Translations under genes and position numbers: made by a program
The notes under the pieces: model-generated
Seen by the model: only the letters and a program-made list of their open reading frames with translations
What the model was told of the DNA's origin: nothing
Database searches by the model: none
Part shown: positions 25,528 through 40,324 of the stretch, piece by piece
Numbering within the stretch: the first letter of the stretch is position 1
Layout: the number at the start of each line of letters is the position of its first letter
Assembly (NCBI GenBank): GCA_964016885.1
Contig: OZ024741.1
Span: forward strand, 132,804,001-132,868,000
Direction of reading: 5' to 3'
Length of the DNA stretch: 64,000 nt
Origin: Eledone cirrhosa
Taxonomy: Eukaryota

Positions 25528-26781
25528 ATAAATGTGGAAAGAAAGGGTTGACGAGAGAGGACTGAAGATTCAGAAAAAAACAAAAAGAATTTCCCCACAT
25601 CCAAATGCTTATCCTTCCTAGAATAACTACTTCCGTAAAGGAAGCAATTTACAAAAATATCAACCAATGAAAATACAAATAAATCATTTCATCTGTTAGC
25701 AATTTAACAGGTAGATTCCAATACAAAAGGTGCAATGTTATCTTGCTGATCTCATCTGTAATTATTAGGTGCAGGTGAAATAGCAGAACATAACTAATTA
25801 ATGATTTAAGCATTGCTGTAATTCTTAACATCCTGTAATGATTTAGTAGAACATATCTAAAAATGGGCTTGTTAATTCCAATGTCTATAATATGATTACT
25901 AGAGGTCAGATTATTGTAAAAATTTACAGTACTATCTCTTAATATTCTGTAATGATTTAGCAGAAAATATCTAAAAACGGGCCTGTTAATTCAAATATTT
26001 ACAATGTCTTTACTGGTGGACAGATCATTGCAAAACTTTGCTGTATTAGAGTTCTAAATTCAAATCCTGCCAAGGTCATCTGTCATCATTCCAGGTTCAG
26101 TAAAATAGAGTTAAGGATTGATATAATCAACTTTCCCCTTCCCCTAAATGTTTGGCCTTGTGCCAATGCTAGAAAGAAAGAATTAAAGTAAAGACTTCAA
26201 TTTTCAGTGTGATGCAGTCATTTTGATAATTTTGTACTTTTCAAGAATATCTATGTGGTACATTATGATTTACTGAATTGGGCATTGATATTAAGCCTCT
26301 TACATTTGACACTAACTACCAGCATTCTAGATGGTAATAGTATTGGCACCACCTTCAGTATCTCATAGTAATGTTATTAACCGCTTCCTGGCTGTATTTC
26401 TAAAGAAATACACACTATTTCTATTAATCAATGAAGAGTTTTTTGACAGCTTTGCTAAAGTTACTAATTATTTCATTACTAAGACAATAATGTAATATAT
26501 GGTTCTTAAAATCATGTCGGAATACTTTAAACAGGATCCCTTTAAAATGGGTGGTTTTGTTTCATAGAACCAGAGCCAGTTTGGTATCAAACAGGTTAAT
26601 TTGTCAAAAAGATTTCCAAAAGAATTCTTGTATGAACCTTTTCATTACCAACCCACTCAAAACCACCCTTAGTTTTATGAAACAAAACAACCGATTTTAA
26701 AGTATTTCTGTTTAAATTAATATCTTGCAACAACATTTGATATAAAACCCTTTTGTTAAGTTATGATATAGATATACTGTC

Positions 26782-26848
<67 letters not shown>

Positions 26849-29747
26849 AAATCCCTCCAAATCCTTCATTAATTGGAATACAATTTATATTAATTGAAAT
26901 ATGATCACAAAAGGGTTAATAAAAGTGTTTATATTAATCTAAAAAAACTTCCCTCTAATTTTAAGTAAGAACTTTTATTAAGTTAGGTTCCAAACACCAG
27001 CTAAATAACGAACAAATTAGAATTATATTACTAAACCCCTTCAAATTCTCAAATTCTTGATTATTTTCAAAATGACTTTAAAATCTTACATAATTTTTTT
27101 CATTAGAATCTATGGAAATGAAAGGGTTAAATGAAAACTAAATGGTTAGTCATTAACACATAGGTTGTATTGCTTTATCATCATCATTGTGACCACAGTC
27201 AAACATTCCTTGACAAAGTCTCTCCACAATTCATGATTTTCCATTGCTCCTGGCAACTGTTCCCCACTGAGTTTTATATATTGCTTTAGGTATAGTAGAA
27301 AAATCTCAAAAGGGAATAAAAAAGACAAGATGAGTTTAGTTTTAAAAAAACTGGAAAAGCAATGAACATATGTGTAGCCTTGAACTCCCAAGACTATAAC
27401 TTCATTAAAAAAAAAGGTGAGGTTTATTTAGTTATTAATAAGGTCTACCTACAGAGTTGAGGAAAATAGTGTCAATTGGTACATTAAGAATAATGTAAAA
27501 GCACTGTTGAATATAATTGGAAAAACTGGAATACTTGAGACTATAACATGTACCAGGAGAATCCAAGATAATATAATTTTTTTTTAAAAACACCAAAAAA
27601 AACAGAAAAGGCAAGAGAAAATGTATGGAGTTATTTTAAAGAGAAAAGACCTCTATTTGTTGAATCACGAGGTTGCAGCACATAAACAGTAAACAAAAAC
27701 ATATGAAAGGCTTCTTCACAGTTTCCTGAGCCCCATGATCTCAGAAGTATTTCTTCATGCTCACATGCTATGGAAAGGTTGGTATATTTGTTGGAGCAAA
27801 CAACAGTTGGTTGTACCACCAACAACACAACCATACATTAGTCAGATAAACTTGATTAAGTAGAGTTAAAGCACACCATTGTCCCTATAGTAAGACTTAA
27901 ACTGGCGACCATATGGTCAGATGTCAATCAACCTTCAACGTTAACAGTCATTGAACCACATCTAATAATATATTGCTTTCTTATATTGTCAAAAAGTCAA
28001 AAACTTGCGGGAAAGGGAACAGTCAATTATTTCAATCCTAGTATCAGTGATTATTTTAACATGCAATTGACTCCTACTTGTGTAGTTCTAATTCTAATTT
28101 TGTACCGAATACTACATGTACTTACATCATATATAATATAATATATTTTTTGTTTGTTTGTGTGTGTGTGAGTGTGTGTCCCCGGATCAACAAGATCCCA
28201 GACCTCATTTGCTTACCAAATAGGGTGGAACTTGCCAGATCGAACAAAGGAAACAATGTTTCCATGAGTCTTTCCAATACTATTCCTGAGATTATTTACT
28301 GGTTGCAACTCCTGGCATAAAGAGCAACATAAAATACAGTGATTTGACATAATGCATTGCTTGGCTTGGTAATCGAACTCACAACCTCATAATTATGAAT
28401 CTAACTTTTAACTACTAAGTCACGCTTACATGATAAATGATAAAACTTAAAACACTCATAAAATGTTCAAAATGGCCATTACATTACAAATACTTCTCAG
28501 TCAAAGAGAATTTCAAACATTGGGCATCTGCCTCTAACATTTGTGCAGTTCTAAAAATTTCCTTGAAAAAGACCCTACCTATTATTTGAATGGTACTTCA
28601 TTTATATTGAAAGGATGAAATGCAAAGTTAGCTTCAGCAAGATTTGAACTCAGAACAAAGTAATGCAGGAGATTTCATTTGAGAGCCATATGAGTTTACT
28701 ATATCAACTAATAAAATTTGGTGTAGCTAGCCATAATTGACTGGAGTGGTAGAATTTATGTTGTGGTCTAATTTGTTGTTGCAGGACATAGTATGACCAG
28801 CATATATTTTCCTGTCAACAAATATTTTAATTTGAAATTAAAATATATTTTTAATGTTCCAAGGGAAAGTAAAACAGACCTATGTTTTTCCAACAATGAA
28901 TGTTCCAGTGGAAAGGGCTACTCATTAAATTAAAATACAAGTGGCTGAGTATTCCATAGGCATAAATACCCCTAATGTAATTTTTAGAGAATTTGACAGG
29001 TTTCCAAACAGTTTCTATGTACCCAATTTCACCCAAAAGGGTTTGTTTGATTCTGAGGCTATAGTATAATCATTAAACCAAGATACAAGAACCTGGAACT
29101 TCATGACAGTGAAGCAAACCTCCTAGCCAAGAAAGCATGTATGTAGAAACACCCTCCACAGGAATAAGTGGGTGAAGAAGCTGAAAGAAAGAAAAAGAAT
29201 GCAAGTCAGTCCTGTTCCTATGGAATTTTGCCTATGTGGCAAAACTCCAGAGTAATAGGGCAGACTTGGCGTTACATTTCCCTCTCTTTAGAGGGTAGGT
29301 CTTAATTAAGTTCAATAAAATCTATAGCTGACAATAAAACAAGCGTTCATTTTAATTGGTAGTAGATAGCGTTTTAAAGTGTAAGAGAGATAACTCTGGT
29401 TAAACACTTTAATGTAATGCGTTTCATGCGAGAAGTAAAAGAGAACGAGAGAGAGAGAGATAGGAGAGGGGGCGAAGAGACAGAAAGAGATAGCTAGCTT
29501 GATATATATATATATAAAGAGAGAGATAGACAAAGAAAGAGAGAAGGGGAGAGACAGAAATAAGAGGCTGTAGTACTGAAAGAGTGAGATCATTCTGGCA
29601 GAGTTATCCACCTTAGACTATTTTCTCCAACAGATTTTTTTATTGAATTAGAAAGCATAGTCTGATTAAAAATTTGAATGAATAATGTAGGGAGCATTAA
29701 ACATTATTACATCGAGGATGAAACAGACTAGAATAAATAGAGACATT

Positions 29748-30226
29748 ATGGGCATGGATATATTAAAAATTCTGACGTCTGGCAACTGACTTGGTAGACA
29801 TCCACAAGATTGTTAACCATTCTTCCAACAACAACCCTGAGCACCTTTTTGAATTCCGTGTGTCTAACACCCATGGACATGCTTACAAAATCAGAAAAAA
29901 GTACAGCTCCCTTGACTTTCAGAAACATTTTTTTCATACTCAGAGTTGCTGAAGCATGAAACACTACCTGCATCAGTTGTTAGCTGTTGGAGCACTGCAT
30001 CCTCCAAAACTTCCATGCTTCCCGAAATTCACCAACACTACACCTAATATTCCCCTACTCAGGCATGCATGTGTGTGTGTGTGTGTGTGTATGTGTGTAT
30101 ATGACTCATACATTGTTAACTTTTTATACATTTATACATTATTCTATGTACTATACATGCACCTTTGATGAGTTGTAGTGCATCTGAGCACTGTGCACAA
30201 TAATTCTATATATTATTATTATTATT
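29748..30226 (+). mobile_element. CR1-like LINE 3' fragment
   Basis: Homologous (inverted) to 19460-19910. Confidence 0.85.
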
Positions 30227-30232
30227 TAAACA

Positions 30233-30430
30233 GGGCGGTGAATTGGCAGTATCGATAGAGGGTCGGACACCTTGCTTTCCAGCATAGTTACGTCCCTTTA
30301 CAGTCTGAGTTCAAATCCCGTCGAGGTTAACTTTGCCTTTCATCCTTACGGGGTCAATAAAATAAAGTACCAGTAATGTAGTGAGTAATTGCTGGCCTTG
30401 TGCCAAAAGTAGAAACAATTATTATTATTT
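30233..30430 (+). mobile_element. Full-length tRNA-related SINE
   Basis: GGCGGTGAATTGGCAGTATCGATAGA..GAGTTCAAATCCC..GCCTTTCATCCTTACGGGGTCAATAAAATAAAGTACCAG..(ATT)n. Confidence 0.85.
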
Positions 30431-32529
30431 AAACACCATGAATTCGAAGTTTAGGATGATCAATGCATCCACAGCCGAACAAAATATTATTCTAAATTAC
30501 CAGGAATTACCAGCTTGGTCAGGTCAGGCTTCTGCCTGCTACTGGTACCTTAGTACTTTATGGTCAAGAGGTCAGTGACTAAACAGATTCTCCCATCAGA
30601 CCTTGGCAAGTGGAACCCCAGCAGCACGAAAAACAATAGCTGTTAAAAGAGCAGATGAACTCCTCATAGTCAACAGCGATCCACTTCAACTTTGGGTTAA
30701 ATCACCTCACCAACCTGCAATTGGCCAAGAGTGGTGAGTATGGCTACAGCCCTGACATGACCAAAACCAAACAGAATGCAGTGGAGGTCAACCAGGGTGG
30801 GATTCCTCCAACAGGAATGAGAAGGTCCTGGATTGGAACCCACTCCACCTGACCAGTTTAGGCGGCCCTATATAGTAGATATGTAAATCAACTTATCAAT
30901 TCTTATCGAGGATCACACTTAAGCCAGGCTCTATAGACTCTCAGTTCAAATCCCATCAAGGTCAATTTAGCCTTTCATCCTTCCAGGATCAACAAAAAGT
31001 AACAGTCAAATATTGGGGTTGATGTAAACAACTTATCATCATGGTCCCCTAACTCCTTTCACGGTCATTGCACTAACTGCCTCCATCTCTGGCGTTCATG
31101 GGTGAGTGCTTGGGTTATAACCAATTTATACCTCCCTCCAAATTGTTGGTGTTATGTCAATGCTAACTTTTGGAAATGATCCTTTAATAACTAGATCTAA
31201 ATTAAATTTGTACAAATCTGATGGTTTCTTTTCTCCATGATTATTACTACCACAAAATATAAACTACCTTCAACACATTTATAGTTCAACAAATCAGTAA
31301 CACATCAGTTACTCCCCTCGTCCTATCTCCACATGCAACACCTGACATTTCCATATTACCAGACCATTTTGTTAACTTACATCTACTTAACATTAGAGCC
31401 TGCAAGTAACATTTGGTATATTTCACTTTTTAGACCATACCTTAGTACAATACTCCAGTTGATTTATTAACTGTTAACATCCAGCATCATTAGATACCAC
31501 ATTAGCAAGACATTCTTGGAAAGTAAAAAACAGCACTATCACTGCATCTATTTTAATTCACTGCAAAGTTTCACAATAATCTGTATAGATACTATAGTAA
31601 AGATACTATAAATATTTGAGTTAACAAACCACATTAGCAGGACATTCTTGGAAAGTACAAAACAGCATTATGATTGATTCCCAGTAAAAATTGAAGTCTT
31701 TACTTCAGTTTATTGTAAATTTTCAATGATCTGTTGCTTTCTGATAAAGACACTCTAAACATTTGAATTAACATGCTAATGTTTAGCTATTTTTTGTTAA
31801 ATCATTACAGAATGTTAAGAGTTAATATTGTATTCATCTCTCTCTCACACACACATACACACAAGCCAACAAAGGAGTCTACATAGTCACATGACATGTT
31901 ACAGCTCACCTATGTAGAGTTAGCTAACCTCCTACAAAGATGTCTCCCACAGAGGGCTTCTTGGGTGCTTCAATGATAGGATCCTCAGTCCTATCATGAA
32001 ATGACTCCATTGTAGGGGTTGACTCCCTACTGTTGCTGGGCTGGAGCAATATGAAATAAAAATATATTGCTCTAGAAGACAATATGCTTAAAAAAATGAA
32101 TCTACAACCTTATGATGAGTCCAACACCCTAACTACTAGGCTTCACTTGATATGTTAGAAATAGTAGATAAATCTGTCTTTCAAATCATACCCTACTGGT
32201 CTTGACATAATAGTCCTCAGACCTCATTCACTCATTGAGTGGGGTGGAACTCGTCAGATTGAACCAAGGGAACAATGTTTAAATTAGTCTTTCCAATTGC
32301 TGATACTATCTACCAGTTGCAACTCCTGGTAGAAGAAGCAACGTGAAATAATGTGTCTTGCTAAAGGACATAACACATCATCTGGCCCAGGAATCAAACT
32401 CAACCTTGTGAATCCAACACTCTAATCACTAAGCTATGTGCTTTCACTATGTGACTATGTGATTCATGGTTGAAATGCCTTTGAATCATAGACCAGCTTA
32501 ATCTGGCTAACTTGGACAACGAGAGAGAG

Positions 32530-32607
<78 letters not shown>

Positions 32608-32999
32608 CTTGGTTAACTTGGAGTTAAACAATACACAGACACACACACAGAATCTTGGCTAACTTGGAGTTAAACAACACATGGAGAAACTATAGATATT
32701 CCAGTTTCTAGACTCTATTGAACACATTAAAATAGCTTCATTAGAAGACATGTCTGTTAATCAGACATGCTGAATTTAGAACAGGTGTTGTTGTGTTGTG
32801 CTATGTTGCCACTCCACATACTACACTAGGAGAAAGAATGTATGTATTGTCAACATAATCTGAAATAGCATTATGCTTCAGCTGAATTGACAAGTTGTCC
32901 TTCTATATACAATGTACCAGCATTGTTTGAAGATAAAATTATTAAATGCTCAATGCAATATATTAGTGTTCATCATGTATAATGAAAAGTAGAATGCCA

Positions 33000-33059
<60 letters not shown>

Positions 33060-35351
33060 ACATGAGTGGAATAATGAAATTGTATGTCCAGGCAGGTGAA
33101 AGAGTGAGAAGGGGAGGGGGTTATCTTGTTATATTAATATACAATGACTCTATACACAGATATTTTCTTTATTGTCATTGTGTATATAAATAAAACAAAA
33201 CCTAGACATGTATTAAAACTAACTCTCGCTCTCTCACACACACACACACACACTGACACATGGTCACGGACACACACATGCACAGCCACATACTTGGAGA
33301 ACCAATTTCACTGCCATACCAATTTCTATATGAGAAATGTTTATGGACTTCCGTTGGTTTCAAGGATGAGTGTTCCAGTTGTTCAATCAATGGAGCAGCT
33401 GGCTCATGAAATTAACATATAAGTGGCTGAGCATTCCATACAGACACGTGTATCAATGTAATTCTCAGGGAGATTCAGTGGTACTGTGTGTGATAAACTT
33501 GAACCTACTCATGAAATTAACATGTAAGTGGCTGAGCATTCCACACATACACATGTATCCTTAAGTAATTCTCAGGGAGAATCGGCTTGATACAGTGTAT
33601 GATAAAGCTGGCCCTTTGAATTAGAGGTACACTCCATCTGATGAACTCCAACCAGTTTCTGGCTATCCAATTCCACTCACAAGACAGGAAGCAACCTGAA
33701 ATTATGGTAAATAACACTTGCCCAGGATGTTACACAGTGAGATTGAATCCAGAACCTAATGGTTGCTATGCTGTATCCACAGACAATTTCTATATATCTA
33801 ACAACATTATGCAACTTTTCAATAAAGTTTAATAGTCTTGACCCCAAATGCTCCTGTTTCGTACCAGCTGCCGTCAAGACCTCAGGTGTCCTCAATCCCC
33901 AGTTATTGATCTCCTTCTTAAAATCAGAAAGACAGTGGCCCACCTGAGGAAGGAGCTCTGTAAAGCGAAATGGTTGTTGCAGTGGATGTCACTGGCCATT
34001 CTCTACACCTCTCTGTTTCTTTTGATGTTTAATTTCTTTTTTCTTACTTTTTCTTCTTTTCCTTTTTTTGTTTCTTTATTGCCATCTATATTTTGTACAA
34101 TTATTTATACACTTCATATGCACACAAAATATAGTTATAAGGTCTTTATATCTGAAAGTGATTGAAACAGGTGCATATATATCTACAACAAAAAGTTCAG
34201 CAGTGATTAGCCATTGAGGAAACTCTATGTGATCAAAGCTACCACTTGTTAGAAATAGAAGCTAGATTTCCATCACATCACACCATGGGGTCTTAAAAAA
34301 GGGAAGGTCACGTTGAATAATATGGTCCTAAATACACAGAGTAAAGGATGGATTTGTCATAGTTGGAACACCTTTGATCATACGCCTGATTGATCAGGGC
34401 TGACGTGGGCTACTTGACACCATGACATGAAAAAACAACTTAGAACATTACAATCCATGTATTTATATTGCTAACAGGTGTTAGCAATAAAAGTGTAACA
34501 ACATTAAATAGCGCACACACACACAGAGTAGTTTTACAAAAAGCTCCTAATTGTTATATTCTAATTGAAATCTCAACAAAAAGAGATATTTTTTCTCTTT
34601 TCAAAAATTCACGAAAAGGATAATTAAAAAAAAAAAAAGAATATTTTTATTTTTCTCCTATAAAACATCCATTAATAGCTTACTCATTAATCATTTTAAT
34701 ATCAACCCAGTCAAAACCATCCATTTTAAAGGGTTCCTATTTAACCAATTTAATACCAACCTGGGCCAAAACCAACTTTGATTCTATGAAACAAAGCCAT
34801 CCATTTTAACGGGTTCCTATCTTCCATGATGATGTTATATAAGAATCATATACATTACTACCTTGACAATGAAATAATTCTAGAAATTCCTTCAAAATTC
34901 TCCCTTGATTAATTGAAATCCTGCCGGTTGGTTTTGCCTGTAAAATCTGTCCAACGATTCCTTCCTGAGACATTCTGACCATAATATTTGAGCTGTGGTC
35001 TCTCAATTTGGAAAAGTAAGGGCTCTACCTGGAGCAATCTATGAACTACGCCGAGTAACATTACTACACAGACATTTCAGAGGCACCCCATTTCGCTTAG
35101 ATATTCAGCCAAATCAATTGAAGACAGTTGCTTCAGCCAGGACTTGATAGAATGAGTGTTTGAGGACTCTGCGCCCCAACAGCCTTCCCAGTAATAAGTG
35201 AGAAGAAGAAGAAGGAAAAGGAGAAAAAGAAAAAAAGGAGGAGGAAAAGCAGAAGAATTAATTGAAATAGAGTGTATTTCATTAGATATACAGTGACAAA
35301 AGAGTTAAACATTTTGAAATGACAAAAAGAACATTAACAACTCATACATAC

Positions 35352-35459
35352 CTAATAATTTATTTACATGGTTTTCCTGTATATCATCAGATTCTTTTAA
35401 AACTCCTTTTCGTATTAACTCCTCTCGTGTTGAACGCATAGATATTTTTCTCTCTAAAT
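35352..35459 (-). CDS. PHACTR: Internal coding exon of a phosphatase and actin regulator (PHACTR family), N-terminal RPEL motif
   Basis: Encodes [36 protein letters not shown], close to the PHACTR RPEL '[22 protein letters not shown]'. Polypyrimidine tract + TTCAG acceptor, G|GTATGT donor, 108 nt, phase 1-1. Confidence 0.88.
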
Positions 35460-35847
35460 CTGAACAAAATTGAGAAGGAAAAAATGTAAAAAAAAAAAAC
35501 ACTAAATTAATATACATAACGTTTTAATTTACAAAGCATTGGGAAATTAGAAATTTTAAAATATGGTTACCACAATACCGATAACTATAATAATATTTGC
35601 ATAAATATTATAGAGATTGAAAAAACAGAGATGCTTGTGGGGAATTGAACCACACATATCTTATGCCAAGCAGATGCATTTAACCTTTGCACATGATGGT
35701 TAAATGTGCTCACCTGCAAGCATCTCTGTCTACTCATTTCTGTCTCCAGGGGTAATTTAACTGATTTACTCAAGTATTATTATTGTTATATGCATTGTAG
35801 TGAGTATATTTTCAAATTAATATATGTGAACATTTTTACACCAGAAT

Positions 35848-36228
35848 GGAGGCACATGGCTTAGTGGTTAGAGCATTGGGCTTGCAATCGAAAGGTTGTG
35901 AGTTCAATTCTCAGACCGGGTGATGTGTTGTTTCCTTGAGCAAGACACTTTATTTCACATTGCTCCAGTTTACTCAGCTGTAGAAATGAGATGATAGAGA
36001 CTGGGGTCGCTATCATTCCACTGCAAAGTGGTAGTGGAGGTGCCACGGCAAAAAAAGCACCCAGCCCACACTGTAAAGTGGACGTGTAGGCGCCACGGAA
36101 AAAAAACACCCAGCACTCACTGTAAATGAGGTTGGTGTTAGGAAGGGCATCCAGCTGTAGAAATCAAGCCAGAATCAGTTCCCATCCCACCCTTGCAAGC
36201 AGGGAAAAGCGGACATAAAATGATGATG
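35848..36228 (+). mobile_element. Full-length tRNA-head SINE with RTE-type 3' end
   Basis: A/B boxes, core TTGAGCAAGACACTTTATTTCAC, tail GGAAGGGCATCCAGCTGTAGAAA..(GAT)n shared with RTE 3' UTRs. Confidence 0.85.
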
Positions 36229-36672
36229 AAATAATTATGATGAATATTTCTTCATAAAATTTCATCAAAATATGGGAGAAAAATAGTTAAGAAATGTGGT
36301 GGGGAGACAATGAAAACTAGTTAAGATCTATTAGAAATCTAAAGCTTAATGTATTACTTTGAATGCCATGACATGATTTACATGATATATGAGCCTTTAA
36401 CCTTGTAGAGCCCATCCCTCTCCAGATCTGAACACAGACAATTTCTTTGAGAAGAGAGAAAAAGAAGGGGTGAGAAAGAGATGTAGAGGAAAAATCAACC
36501 CCAATTAATAGACCAGTACTTTATTTATTGACGTCAAGAATGAAAAACCAAGTTGGTCTCAATGGAATTTGAACTCAGATAACATAGAACAGGAACGAAC
36601 ATCATCAAGCATTCTATCTGATTTTTCTAACACCTCTGCTAAATTGCTGCCTAATTTTCAATAGACTGAATT

Positions 36673-37275
36673 ATCATCATCGTCATTTTACATCCGTTGT
36701 TCCACACGTAAATGGGTGGCATGGATTCTTCTCAGTACAGTATCTCTCCACTTTTTGTGTACCTTTGTTATCTCCTCCATGAGCTTCAGTGATCTGAGGT
36801 CAGCTCTCACCATTTCCATCCAGGTCTTCCTTGGTCTTCCTCTACTGTGGCTTACTTCCAGTGGGATTATTTGGCACTTCTTCACCCAGTAATCATCATC
36901 CATGTGCATCACATGTCCATACCAATGCAGTCTCTTCTCCTGTACACTACTTCTGATTCCTCTTATACCCAGTTTCTCCCTCGGTTCATCCATGCTTTGT
37001 TGTTTACACATTAGCATTGCACATCCATCAAAGCATGCTTGCCTCATTTCTCCCCAGCCTCCACATGTCCTCTGTGTTCACTGCCCATGTCTCACTACCA
37101 TACAGCATGACACTTTGCACACAGGAATCATACAGCCAACCTTTCATTTGCATTGTTGTTTAGCAGGAATAACAATTCCCGGAACTTCTTCTATCCTTAT
37201 TCTAGCTACTATCCTCTTTGAGGACTCCCCTTCACTCCTAATTATATCACCTAGGTAGTATAAACTATCAACTAC
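36673..37275 (-). mobile_element. Degenerate RTE LINE 3' fragment
   Basis: KRLHWYGHVMHMDDDYWVKKC..RGRPRKTW. Confidence 0.85.
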
Positions 37276-39429
37276 ATATAAAGCAGGCAAAATAATTCTT
37301 TTGTTATTTTTTAGATAGACAGCATCTTATAATGTATGATTGAGACAATTCCAAACTGGGTTTAAAAAAAAAACTAAATGAAATTATTTTCTCAGAATAA
37401 ATTTATCTTTAGTATTTTAACCCCTTTGATGCCAAACTACCTGGAACCATTTATCTAAAAACCTACCATCATAATTTTATGTATGAACCTTCATTTAGTT
37501 AGGTTCCAAACACCATCTTGTTAATGAGAAAGTTATTTTATCAAATTCCTCTGAATTCTTTATTTTCAAAATGATTTGAAAATTATAGGCTGCCTTCTTT
37601 CATTAGAAATATGGTAACTAAACAGTTAACAGTTTTATTACCAAATCACCTGAAACCACTCCTGCTTCTACAATACAAAGCAGCTATATTTTAATGTGTT
37701 TGGAGCATGACTTAACAAAAGTTCTTTCATAAAATTATGATGGACGATTTTTAAATAAATGCAAGCACTTTAAAATGGTTTTAAATCATAGAACCAGGAG
37801 TGGTTTTAAATGGTTTGGTATCAAAAGGTTTAATCTTAAAATATTTTTCTCAAAATATTCATCCATCATTTTTTTTTCTCAACCAGATAAGTGTAGAACA
37901 TGGCATATTAATATCACAATTTCATTTTAATATTTTTAATTAAATCCAGGTATATAAAGTGGTTGAGGTTTGGAAGTATATCAAGTCATATAAACCACTC
38001 TAAAATGGAATGTATGAGTAAGGTATGATCCCCTGGATTGTCTTGGCAGTTTGTAACACTGAATAAGAACTATAAGGAGCTATCCAACCCATGCCAACAT
38101 GGGTTGGATACTTTTGGCTGCAATCAGCACAGCAAACAATAGCTTCTTGTGTATTTGCTTTTTATTTAAATCAAGACATCATCATTATTTAATGTCCATT
38201 TTCCACACTTACATGGATTAAACAGGCCCAGAGACCATGTCTTGCTCATATAGAACTGTATTTTTGCTTGGTATCTACAGGTGGATACCCTTCCTAATGC
38301 CAACCACATTTATAGAGTGGACTGGGTACTTTTTATCATGGCACCAAAACGACCACTTTACAGTGTGAACTGGGTGCTTTTTGTTATGATACCAACACAA
38401 TCACTTTACAGTGTGGATTGAACACTTTTTGTCATGTCACCAACACAACCACTTTACAGTGTGGACCGGGCACTTTTCATCATGGCACCAAAACAATTAT
38501 TTTACAGTAAGGACTGGGTGCTTATTTGTTTGATATTACCCATATATTTTATATTAATATTTTGGCATTAGCCACCATATATTTTATGATGACTATAAGT
38601 GAGATATTTATTCACTCATTGAAATAATATGCATGATTCAATTGATTGAAGTAATATCAATAATACTGCCAGTGTTTATCTTTCCCTGATAACACAATTT
38701 AGTTGGGTAATTGTAAAGTGATAGAAATCTATAAATGCACATAATCATGAATCAACAAAAATGTCACTCTTGTTATAGTGATTTTCATTTTTTTTATTAT
38801 TATTATTATTTTTCTTTCTTTTCTTACTCCTCATGTATAGAGAGGTTGATGAATACTGTGAGGTAAAGAATAATTATTCCAGAACAACCAAATGTCAATA
38901 TAATCAATGCTCAGATGTAACACACACATACACACACACCAACAAACATAGGCACAAACACACAACATCAGTCTGTAGTTAGAAGAGAAAGCAAATTTTA
39001 GTTTGTGATATCTGAACTACATGATAACTACAGAAAAATTCCCATTCATTAAGACCATAAAATTATGTCTTGTATAAGCCATGAGAAGGAGAGAGAGAGA
39101 GAGAAAGAGAGTGGTGTGTGTGTGTGTGTGTGTGTGTGTGCACGCACGTGCATACACTGAATTTTGGCTTCATTCCTTCACTGCTAAACAATATAAGTAT
39201 TCCACTATCTGTGTGCAATGCTTTGAAATGTCCTATAAACTGTCATTAGATGTGCCAACAATGAAACAAGCAACTACCGCCACATCTGCTCACATAAAAG
39301 AGAGGGGGCCCTTTACCTTATGGTGTTGTTAAGGACATCATCATGACATACAGTGTGATGTGATCTGAGTATTTTAGGGAGAAGAGTCTTTTACTTGTGA
39401 TGGTATTATTAGAATATCATCGTGACATA

Positions 39430-40324
39430 CGAGGTGTGTCAGAAAAGTTCCAGGACTGATGTCACAAAAGATTTATTTCAAACCCAAACTTCACACTAAG
39501 AGCTTTCTCCTTCAAAGTAATCCCCCTGGAGTATGTAACTGTAATCTTAGCTCTCTGCAACAATCAAACTTTTTTCTTCATAATTTTATATACATGTCCT
39601 CTGTTTCAGGTCGTCAAGCAATGAGCACAGAGCAACGAACAAACTTGAAAATTCCGTCAGAAGCACTGGGATTGCTGCAACAAGTGTATGGAAATGAGAC
39701 GATGTCACGCTCACGTGTTTTTGAGTGGTGCAAGAGGTTTAAAGAAGGACGCGAGTACATGGAAGATGACTCCAGGAGCGGAAGGCCCTCAACAACTAGG
39801 ACTGAGGTCAACGTTGAGCGCGTCAGGCAGATGGTGCATAGCAATCGTCGGCTAACTGTTCGACTGATGGCAAATGAGCTGGGCATGAATCGGGACAGCG
39901 TCTGGAAGATTCTCACTGAAGATTTGGACATGCGGAAAGTCTGCGTGAAGATGGTGCCAAAACTGCTGAATGATGACCAGAAGGGTCAACGTATGCAAGT
40001 GTGCCAGGACATCCTCGAGCGTCTTGAAACTGAACCAGACTTGCTAGGGACAGTCATCACCAGTGATGAGTCATAGATCTTCGAGTACGACCTGGAGGGG
40101 GACCCGTTTTGAAGATGTGGATGACATCAAAAAGGCCGTGATAACGGAACTGCGGAGGATCCCGGAAGAATCCTTCCAAGAGTGCATGCAAGCGTGGCAG
40201 AAAAGGATGGAAAAGTGCATTAGACTCCAGGGGGATTACTTTGAAGGAGAAAACTCTTAATGTGAAGTTTTGTTTTGAAATACATCTTTTGTGACATCAG
40301 TCATGGAACCTTTCTGAGACCTCG
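39430..40324 (+). mobile_element. Internally deleted mariner (Tc1/mariner) transposon
   Basis: TA|CGAGGTGTGTCAGAAAAGTTCC..GGAACCTTTCTGAGACCTCG|TA inverted ends; HTH region VFEWCKRFKEGR..DDSRSGRP and VPKLL..ITSDES*IFEYD fused directly to the C-terminal RFEDVDDIK..CIRLQGDYFE, so most of the catalytic domain is missing. Confidence 0.92.

Noticed and set aside
33832-34000. GC-richer minus-strand ORF near the RPEL exon
   Set aside because: Shares sequence with about 18630-18695, so likely an old repeat; no good splice sites
35848-35925. tRNA gene (also 24395-24465 and 19350-19423)
   Set aside because: A/B boxes are present but the cloverleaf is imperfect and continues into SINE core and tail; these are SINE heads
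38300-38522. CRISPR-like periodic repeats (ACCACTTTACAGTGTGGACTGGG); also the 11555 minisatellite
   Set aside because: Eukaryotic context, no unique spacers or cas genes; the 38300 units are tandem repeats of a LINE/SINE tail and 11555 is a plain minisatellite
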